The notes beneath the pieces are model-generated. The model searched no databases. It was not told where the DNA came from and worked only from the letters and a program-made list of their open reading frames with translations. The translations under genes and the position numbers were made by a program. Below, piece after piece: positions 6,790-14,100 of a stretch of 14,419 bases of DNA (the first letter of the stretch is position 1; each line of letters starts with the position of its first letter). The DNA lies in assembly GCA_037441285.1 (NCBI GenBank), contig JBBISL010000021.1:1-14419 (forward strand), in the 5' to 3' direction. Source of the stretch: a candidate division WOR-3 bacterium (GTDB taxonomy: Bacteria > Hydrothermota > Tepidihabitantia > Tepidihabitantales > Tepidihabitantaceae).

Positions 6790-7200
6790 ATGCCCTGGTT
6801 TGGTTTTATCCATCCCATAATGGCGCTGGGGACTTTTGTTTACGGGCTTTTTATTGGTCAGGTCAGTATGACCAAACTGGATGACTGGGATTTTCCCCTG
6901 CGCCGGGTGAAAAAAAGAACTTTGATTTACTTTGTTTTTACCGCAATCAGCGGGATATTCGGGCTGGTGGTGAACGCCATTCTCCGGAGTCAGGGTCGGG
7001 GTGTGGTAATTTTTGCCCATATGCCTTTGGGGGTTGCGACGGTAGTTGCGGCTCTTCTTGCCCTTGTTGTTACAACGGGTAAAAGAAAGCCCGGCGAACT
7101 ACCCCAGAGTATGAGATGGCATCCAGTACTGGTGGTAATAAGCCTGGCACTTATTATGACGATGGCGTTCACCGCGCTGTTAAAGGTGTTAAGAATTTAA
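6790..7200 (+). CDS. Four-TM membrane protein, DUF4079-like
   Basis: Four hydrophobic segments, with His near the start of helices 1, 3 and 4 (IHP, AHM, WHP). SD-like GAGGT upstream. The family call is by resemblance only. Confidence 0.6.
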   Translation: MPWFGFIHPIMALGTFVYGLFIGQVSMTKLDDWDFPLRRVKKRTLIYFVFTAISGIFGLVVNAILRSQGRGVVIFAHMPLGVATVVAALLALVVTTGKRKPGELPQSMRWHPVLVVISLALIMTMAFTALLKVLRI

Positions 7201-7205
7201 CTTTT

Positions 7206-7934
7206 TTGAATCCAATCCGAAGCCGGGAAAAAGTCACCGCAATTTTTAGAAGGTTGAAAAAGGCGTATTTAGGATTGAACGCCCCGGTTAAAAAGATGCC
7301 AGACAAAAACCCCTGGTGGGTCCTTATCGCTGCGGTTCTATCGACTAGAACCCAGGATACGGTAACGATTGAAGCGGTTTGCCGTTTACAATCACTGGCA
7401 CCGGATGTTTTTGCTCTTGCTCGTTTAAGTCCGGCTGAGGTTGCCGAAATGATTTATCCGGTGGGTTTTTACCGGACGAAGTCGAAAAAACTAATTGCAC
7501 TGGCACGGACAATTCGCGATAGGTATCAAGGTCAGGTACCGGATTCGACTAATGAGTTGATAAAGTTGCCCGGGGTCGGGCGCAAGGTGGCGAACATTGT
7601 GCGGTCTCAGGGGTTTGGAATACCGGCAATAGCGGTTGATACCCACGTGCACCGAATTTCCAACCGGCTCGGCTTGGTTCGGACCAAAAAGCCCGAGGAG
7701 ACCGAAAAGCGGTTATGTAAAATAGTGCCAGTCCGGTTCTGGAGAGAATGGAACCGGTTGTTTGTCGCCCTGGGACAGACGGTCTGTTTGCCGCGCAAGC
7801 CGCTTTGCCACCAATGCCTGCTCAATTCAATGTGTCTTAAACGGGGAACCAGAGTCGGGATAAGACCACGCGGTAGGTGGGACGGTAGTTTTGCAAATAA
7901 GTTGCTGAGTGCTGGGGAGGATGTTGAGGTTTAG
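7206..7934 (+). CDS. nth: Endonuclease III (HhH-GPD DNA glycosylase/AP lyase with a 4Fe-4S cluster)
   Basis: LIAAVLSTRTQD, IYPVGFYRTK, HhH motif LIKLPGVGRKVAN (catalytic Lys), AVDTHVHR (catalytic Asp), FCL motif C-X6-C-X2-C-X5-C (CLPRKPLCHQCLLNSMC). The start is uncertain; in-frame TTG 7206 was chosen to avoid an 85-nt overlap from ATG 7116. Confidence 0.93.
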   Translation: MNPIRSREKVTAIFRRLKKAYLGLNAPVKKMPDKNPWWVLIAAVLSTRTQDTVTIEAVCRLQSLAPDVFALARLSPAEVAEMIYPVGFYRTKSKKLIALARTIRDRYQGQVPDSTNELIKLPGVGRKVANIVRSQGFGIPAIAVDTHVHRISNRLGLVRTKKPEETEKRLCKIVPVRFWREWNRLFVALGQTVCLPRKPLCHQCLLNSMCLKRGTRVGIRPRGRWDGSFANKLLSAGEDVEV

Positions 7935-8337
7935 CAGCAATGAGATTAAGCCGGGGCGCCTCCTGTGGTAAGGTGCACAGACACCATTTTAATACGGTGT
8001 CGATGCGGGAAGGTAGAATTTCGGGATGTGGCTTGAAGGTTCGGGCGGTTTCAATCAATGCTTGAAACAGTTGCTCGGTTTTCGCTGCTGAGCCGGCAAG
8101 AGCGGCAAGGTTAACCCGGATTAGCAGTCCGTCAGGGTCAACCGGCTCTGATTCAATTCTGGTTTTAATTGTGGAGGCGAGGGCAACTTCACGGTTCAGG
8201 TTCTCCCTTTCTTTCTGTTGGTCGTTCAGGAGGTGGCTTGGGCCAAAAACGCCCTGAAAGATAAGTTTGTAGATATCTTCGGCTTGTAGCAATGGATAGT
8301 GTCTGAGATGCCAGTTGAGGATATCAAACAGGTGCAT
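7837..8337 (-). CDS. Conserved hypothetical protein (166 aa)
   Basis: ATG coupled to the upstream stop (TAATG). Motif-like blocks HYPLLQAEDIYKLIFQGVFGPSH and HSATYLQNYRPTYRVV resemble an uncharacterised bacterial family. Confidence 0.75.
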   Translation of the reverse strand: MHLFDILNWHLRHYPLLQAEDIYKLIFQGVFGPSHLLNDQQKERENLNREVALASTIKTRIESEPVDPDGLLIRVNLAALAGSAAKTEQLFQALIETARTFKPHPEILPSRIDTVLKWCLCTLPQEAPRLNLIAAKPQHPPQHSATYLQNYRPTYRVVLSRLWFPV

Positions 8338-8906
8338 TAGGAAGCGGGTAGGTCAAGGGTACTTTCTTCACCTTTGTTGGGGAAGATGAGTTCAAGAATT
8401 TCAATGATAATGCCGAACAGGACACCGAACAGTGCGCCAATGGAAAACTGATAGGACAACAGGTTGCGGTGAAACTCCTGGCCGGTGCGGAGCCGGAAGA
8501 GTAGAACAACAGCGAGATGAGCCAGTCCAACGATGAGCGCCATAATGAGAAATTTGCCTATTCGGACCCGGGCAAGAAACTTGTACAGATAGCCGGAGAT
8601 GAGAAATGAGAAACCGACCGGTGCTGCCCAAAGTGCGGCGCGAATCGCCGCTTCAGTTCGCAATGGTGGAGTAAGGGCGAGCTGGACAAAAAAGAGTAAT
8701 ACGACCATCATTATCGCATAACTTAGACCACGCAGCCGGACCGCAGCGTAAATTAAACCGCCGGCTAAGCCCAGAATGATTAATGGCAGCATGGGAAAAT
8801 TGGTAATGCGGCGGGCGGCAAGGAACAGGCGGCACAACCAGCTGGCACTAAGCCCGGCAATAATATAAGCAACGGTCCAGAGGGTTTCACGGGTTGCTTT
8901 GGTCAT
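8337..8906 (-). CDS. Hypothetical integral membrane protein (~6 TM, 189 aa)
   Basis: About six hydrophobic segments separated by short basic loops. It fills the space between its neighbours and has a TTGACA upstream. Confidence 0.8.
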   Translation of the reverse strand: MTKATRETLWTVAYIIAGLSASWLCRLFLAARRITNFPMLPLIILGLAGGLIYAAVRLRGLSYAIMMVVLLFFVQLALTPPLRTEAAIRAALWAAPVGFSFLISGYLYKFLARVRIGKFLIMALIVGLAHLAVVLLFRLRTGQEFHRNLLSYQFSIGALFGVLFGIIIEILELIFPNKGEESTLDLPAS

Positions 8907-8911
8907 AAAAT

Positions 8912-8979
8912 ATCATCAGGGATTAAGCGAAAATGTCAAAGAAATCCGCTGTTGACAAAAAAGGGTAATTGGTCATTAT
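8912..8979. promoter_or_regulatory. Back-to-back divergent sigma70-type promoters
   Basis: Minus strand: TTGACA (8939-8934), 16 nt, GATGAT (weak -10). Plus strand: TTGACA (8952-8957), 16 nt, CATTAT (8974-8979), 6 nt before the serpin ATG. Confidence 0.5.
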
Positions 8980-8985
8980 TTAAGT

Positions 8986-10182
8986 ATGAATACCATTATT
9001 TTGATTGTCAGCCTTTTTTTATCCGCTTCCCGGGGTGCGGAAACCGGAGTAATTGATGCAAACCTGGTTTCGGCAAAGAACGATTTCGGGTTCAGGGTTC
9101 TTTCAACACTGGTCCGTTCTGCTCCTAAGGAAAATGTGTTTATTTCCCCTTATAGTATTGCCACCGCTTTGACCATGACCTACAACGGCTCTGGTGGGCA
9201 AACCCGCAGCGTAATGGCACAGACGCTGGGCATTGCCGGTATTGAGTTGCAACGGCTCAATGCTGGAGAAAAGTTTCTCGCGGGACAATTGAAGAAAGAT
9301 AAACCGGGTGTAGAGCTTTTGATTGCCAACTCGCTCTGGGCGCGAAAATGGGTAACATTTAATTCTGCTTTTTTGAACACCAATAAGGAGTTTTATCAGG
9401 CGGAGGTGGCAGCGATTGATTTTAATAGCCCGGATGCGCCGAAAAAGATTAACAACTGGGTGAAGGATAAAACAAAAGGAAAAATCGATAAGATTGTTGA
9501 CCAGATTAAACCCGAGGCGGTACTTTTCTTAATCAATGCGGTGTATTTTAAGGGGCGATGGCAGGAGAAGTTTGACCCGAAGATGACCCGGGATGACAAA
9601 TTTTATCCTGATAATGGCAGTGCGGTGGTAGTGAAGATGATGATGCGTTCGGGAAAATTCCGCTATTTGGAAACCGATGCCTTTCAGGCGGTGGAGTTGC
9701 CGTATGGCGAGGGCGAAGTGAGTATGCTAATATTTTTACCTGCCGCGGGCAAGCTGGATGATTTAATTGCCCAACTGTCATCTGCTTTCTGGCAGGAGTC
9801 GCGGGGCAGATTTCAGTCACGGGAGGGAACGGTCTTGTTGCCCCGGTTCAAGCTGGAGTATGAGCAGAGTTTAAGAGATGTTTTAATAGAATTAGGGATG
9901 GGGATTGCATTTGACCTGAATCAGGCGGATTTTTCTCTTATGGGCAAGGGTGGTCCGGGTTTTGCCATCGGCGATGTGAAGCATAAAACTTTTGTCGAGG
10001 TTAACGAGGAGGGGACTGAAGCAGCCGCGGTAACATCGGTGGAAATGGTACTGGCATCAGTGCCTCCCCAGTCCCGATTTGAAATGGTTGTCAATCGACC
10101 GTTTCTCTTTGCAATTCAGGATAACGAAACCGGCGCCATCCTTTTTTTGGGTGAGGTGCGGAACCCTTCCGGGGGTAATTAA
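8986..10182 (+). CDS. Secreted serpin (serine protease inhibitor family I4), 398 aa
   Basis: N-terminal signal-like segment; NVFISPYSI, INNWVKDKTKGKI, LINAVYFKGRW, ELPY, LPRFKLE, hinge EVNEEGTEAAAVT and the C-terminal NRPFLFAI...ILFLG serpin signature. Confidence 0.97.
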   Translation: MNTIILIVSLFLSASRGAETGVIDANLVSAKNDFGFRVLSTLVRSAPKENVFISPYSIATALTMTYNGSGGQTRSVMAQTLGIAGIELQRLNAGEKFLAGQLKKDKPGVELLIANSLWARKWVTFNSAFLNTNKEFYQAEVAAIDFNSPDAPKKINNWVKDKTKGKIDKIVDQIKPEAVLFLINAVYFKGRWQEKFDPKMTRDDKFYPDNGSAVVVKMMMRSGKFRYLETDAFQAVELPYGEGEVSMLIFLPAAGKLDDLIAQLSSAFWQESRGRFQSREGTVLLPRFKLEYEQSLRDVLIELGMGIAFDLNQADFSLMGKGGPGFAIGDVKHKTFVEVNEEGTEAAAVTSVEMVLASVPPQSRFEMVVNRPFLFAIQDNETGAILFLGEVRNPSGGN

Positions 10183-10964
10183 AGGTACATCTCCGGGCGG
10201 CGGTCGAGAATTATATCGTTGCGCGGGGTGACACTTTTGTTGAGCGCTTGATTGGGGTTGATTTCAACGATTTTTAGCGCTTCATTTTCAGAACGGGCAC
10301 GGTAGAGTACGGTTCCATCTGGTGCGACAATCTGGCTTTGACCGGTAAACCGCAACCTTTTCTCTCCAAGTTGTTCAATTCCGATGCGGTTGGCAAGTAA
10401 CCAGAATACCCGATTTTCCTGAGCGCGCGTTACGGTCATTGACTGGGCGTAGTTGAGGATAAGATTTGAGGGGTGGCACACAATCTGCGCACCGCGTAGA
10501 GCAAGGGTTCGGGCGCTTTCCGGGAAGAAGTAATCAAAGCAGACCAGAATCCCTATGCGCACGCCCGCGAGATTGAACACCGGAAAGGGAAGGTCACCGG
10601 GGTCAAAGAGGTCTTTTTCGTCGGCAAAGAGGTGGACCTTGCGATAGGTGTGCACGGTACCGTGGGCGGTAACAAGGAGTGCTGAGTTGTAGATTTTAGT
10701 ACCTGCGGCTTCGGCAAATCCGAGAACGAGGCTGATATTGTGTTGCAAACAGAAGTTGATGATTTTATTACAGGAAGGACCATTGGGCACCGGTTCGGCA
10801 AAACGGGTGAGTTGTGCGCGATTAGAGAAAAGATAGCCGGTTAAACACAGTTCGGGTAAGACAATCAGGTCGGCTTTGATAGGGCGGAGTCGGCGAAAGA
10901 CCTGTTCAAGGTTCAAATCCACGGCTAATGGCTGCGGGGTGAATTGGTATATTCCAACGCGCAT
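10179..10964 (-). CDS. Nitrilase-superfamily carbon-nitrogen hydrolase (~261 aa)
   Basis: Start at ATG 10964 (MRVGIYQF, the typical first beta-strand). Glu-Lys-Cys triad in LIVLPEL, YRKVHL and VCFDYFFPE; also RAQENRV and FTGQSQIVAPDG. Its stop overlaps the serpin stop (TTAA 10179-10182). Confidence 0.93.
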   Translation of the reverse strand: MRVGIYQFTPQPLAVDLNLEQVFRRLRPIKADLIVLPELCLTGYLFSNRAQLTRFAEPVPNGPSCNKIINFCLQHNISLVLGFAEAAGTKIYNSALLVTAHGTVHTYRKVHLFADEKDLFDPGDLPFPVFNLAGVRIGILVCFDYFFPESARTLALRGAQIVCHPSNLILNYAQSMTVTRAQENRVFWLLANRIGIEQLGEKRLRFTGQSQIVAPDGTVLYRARSENEALKIVEINPNQALNKSVTPRNDIILDRRPEMYL

Positions 10965-10983
10965 CAAATTATTTAGAGGTAAT

Positions 10984-11011
10984 ATATTAACTTTCTTATG
11001 ATTAAGGTCAA
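10984..11011 (-). promoter_or_regulatory. Putative sigma70-type promoter of the nitrilase gene
   Basis: Minus strand TTGACC (11011-11006), 16 nt, TAATAT (10989-10984); 19 nt upstream of the ATG. Confidence 0.45.
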
Positions 11012-11101
11012 GAAAAGTCGCAGCCGGGTTCAGGCATATCAGCACCGTCAGGGTAAAATAGATTGATGGTTAACTTTTAATTTTACAACAAGATAGCAAA
11101 A

Positions 11102-11127
11102 TGTCGCACTATGTGAGTTTTGTCGCA
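11102..11127. repeat. Direct repeat TGTCGCA x2 (19-bp period), possible regulator binding site
   Basis: TGTCGCA at 11102-11108 and 11121-11127, ending 2 nt upstream of the kinase -35 box. Confidence 0.45.
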
Positions 11128-11129
11128 TC

Positions 11130-11158
11130 TTGACTAACATAGATATTTATTATATAAT
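11130..11158 (+). promoter_or_regulatory. sigma70-type promoter of the kinase gene
   Basis: TTGACT (11130-11135), 17 nt, TATAAT (11153-11158); ATG 8 nt later at 11167, with no SD. Confidence 0.7.
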
Positions 11159-11166
11159 TTATCAAA

Positions 11167-14100
11167 ATGGCGCAGCGGGGCAGTAGCGACAATTTACAAT
11201 TTTCGCAACCGGTTGGAGACCGGTACTATATAGAAGAATTTCTCGGTGGAGGCGAGGGAACTGAGGTATATCGGGTTCATGACATCATAACGGGTAAGGT
11301 CCTGGCGTTAAAGGCAGTACGCAGTGGCGTTTCCGATGAGGAAAATGTGAGGTTAAACCGGGAGTTCTTTTACCTTTCCCAGATATCTCACCCCGGGGTG
11401 GTTGCGGTCCACGATTATGGGAGAACCGCGGATGGGCGCGCCTATTTTACGATGGAGTACATCCCGGGTGTACCGATTACTCACTATTTTGCAGGCGGCT
11501 ACGACCCAAAGTTAATCGATGTCATTGTCCAGGTTCTTTTGGCGCTTGATGCAATCCATGCTCGGGGAATGATTCATTGCGATTTAAAACCTGAGCACAT
11601 TCTTGTTGTTGAGGACGATGGAAAATTGAAGACAAAACTGCTCGATTTTGGTTTTGCCGAGGATTTTTATATCAATAGTGCTCAAGTTGGAAAAGGTACA
11701 CCCGGTTATGTGGCGCCCGAGATATTAAAGGGGGTTGATTCTGATGTTCGGGCTGACCTTTACGCCTTAGGGATGGTAATTTATGAGACAGTAACCGGCA
11801 TTGGACCAGGAAAGGAGGTTGAGCTTCTTGACTGGCTGAGAAAACAGCAGAATGCCGATTTTGTGCCTCCTCGCTCTTTCAATCCTGAGATTCCGGAAAA
11901 ACTGGACCGCTTGGTGATGAAACTTATCAGTCCGCGCCGCGAACAGCGGCCCAGTTCTGCCCAGGTGGTCATTGAGGAGTTACTGGGCGAGGGTGTTTCT
12001 AATGTAACTCTGCCGGCGTTGCGACGTGATGTTATGGCGTCCGGGTTTGTTGCCCGGGAGCAGGTTCTGGAGGAGATGAAAGAGACCCTTAGGACTGTCG
12101 CCGATGGCCAATCCGGGGTGATTTGTATTTCCGGAGATAGGGGCGTGGGTAAGAGCCGACTACTTGCCGAGTTCAAATTCTATGCGGAAATGGAAGGAGC
12201 ATCGGTATTCTCCTTTGAGCCGGTGTCGCTCGGTGCCCGTTCTCAATCGCTCATCGAGGCGCTGGTTGTACTTTTGCGCAGTTACGGTCAAACGGGCGCA
12301 CCGGTGGTTTTGATCGACGCCGGGAAGGAGAGTAATTACCGATTGTTTGAGTGGGTGACGCAACGCCTGAAACTGGTCGCAAATTCCCATCGGATTAAGC
12401 ACAGTCTGGTAATCATTGTCGATGATTTTGAACTTTTTGACCCGACGAGTCTGGAGTTTCTCCGCTATTTTGCCTTAGGAATTGACAACGAACGGGTGCT
12501 TTTCGTAGTAACCGGGTTGAAGGAAAGGCGTTTTCTGGAGACCATTGATAGGATTAAACACCGTGCCAATTTTCGGCATATTGTCATTCAACCGTTTAAC
12601 CGGGATGAGGTTAAAGAACTGGTGCTTTCCCTTCTGGGGAAGGTTAGTGATGTTGATGCTCTGACAGAATGGCTGTTTGAGTTTACCGGCGGCAATCCGC
12701 TCTGGGTGGTGGAGACAATTTATGCGCTGATTGAAGCCAAGATTCTGGTGCGTGAGGTATCAGGGTGGGAACTGGCAAAGGGCCGACTGGCGGCGTTCCG
12801 ACCACCGTCATCAGTCAGTGATACAATTCGCCAGCGCGTCGAGCAGCTGACACCAGAAGAGAGAAAAACGCTGGAGATTGCTGCCGCAGCCGCAGGACCG
12901 TTTTCCCTGGATTTGCTCCGGGCGGCGCTTAACCTCGAAGAAGAGGTTCTCTTTCAGGTGGTCAGCAGACTGAAGGCGTTCGGTTTTATAAAGACATTTC
13001 GTGCCGCTGGTCCGGAAGAAAAATGTCGTTTGGGTTCGGGCTGGATTCTTTCCAGCAAAATCCTTGAGAGCGTCATCTTAGAGCAGTTGACGGTTGAACA
13101 ACGGCGTGAGAACCATCGCAAAGTGGCGCTGGCACTGGAGCTGCTTTATCCGGAACGGATTCCGGAGATGGTTTTTGACCTGGCGCATCACTGGACGCTT
13201 GCGGGTGTCAAAGACCGGGCTTACGACTATTCGCTGCGTGCCGGTGACAGGGCAAGAGAGTGGCTGCTTTTTGAGCAAGCGCTGGGTTTTTATGAAAATG
13301 CCCTGAACCTTTCATCGGGATTGATCACGGCGCGCGAGCGCATTGGTTTATTAGAGAAGGTAGGTGAACTGTGCGAGTTGACCGGCAGATTTGCCGAGGC
13401 GATTGACATTTATCGCCAGGGTATGGGGCTTGCGGTTGGAGACCCGGAAATTGCCCGTGATAAAAAGCCGCTTGCCCGATTTCTGCGCCGGCTCGGGCTC
13501 GTTTATCAAAAACAGGGGCTGGTTTCCGAAGCAATAAACCTGTTGAATCAGGCGCTTCATCTTCAAACCGAAGATAGTCTGGAACGGACGCGGCTGCTTG
13601 CTGACCTGGGATGGTCTTATTGTGGGGCAGGTGATTTTAGCCATGCTGAGGAGGTTTTGACCAGTGCGCTCCAGCTGGCTGAGAAGCAAAAAGCAACTGT
13701 GACCGGTGAGGCAAACCAGCTGGTTGGTTTAATACTTTATTACTTTGCGGTTCTTGCCTGGGCGAAATACGACTTTGTGCTGGCGTTACAGCTGGCAGAG
13801 CGGAGCCTGGATGTGTTTGAACGCCTGGAAGATGAGATGATGAAAGCAACGGTGTGCCAGTTTATTGCGACGCTTTATGTGCGCCGGTCGGAAACGGAAA
13901 AGGCAAAAGAGTTTTATCAGCGGGCGGTTGCCAGCCAGCGCCGGGCAGGTGCGGTGTATTATTTACTTAGGTCGTTACATGGTTTGGGCGTACTTTGCCT
14001 TGACGAAGGGGAGTGGACTCAAGCAGAAGGGTATTTTAACGAAGCGTTGAAGATAGCTGAACGAGTGGGAGATGTCACAGCACTGGTTGACATAGGTACA

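Noticed and set aside
7116..7205. N-terminal extension of Nth from ATG 7116
   Set aside because: It overlaps the upstream membrane gene by 85 nt and has no Nth-like character; a start near 7206 gives a normal length.
10965..11045. 27-aa N-terminal extension of the nitrilase in the ORF track
   Set aside because: AT-rich, contains the putative promoter, and MRVGIYQF is the canonical family start.
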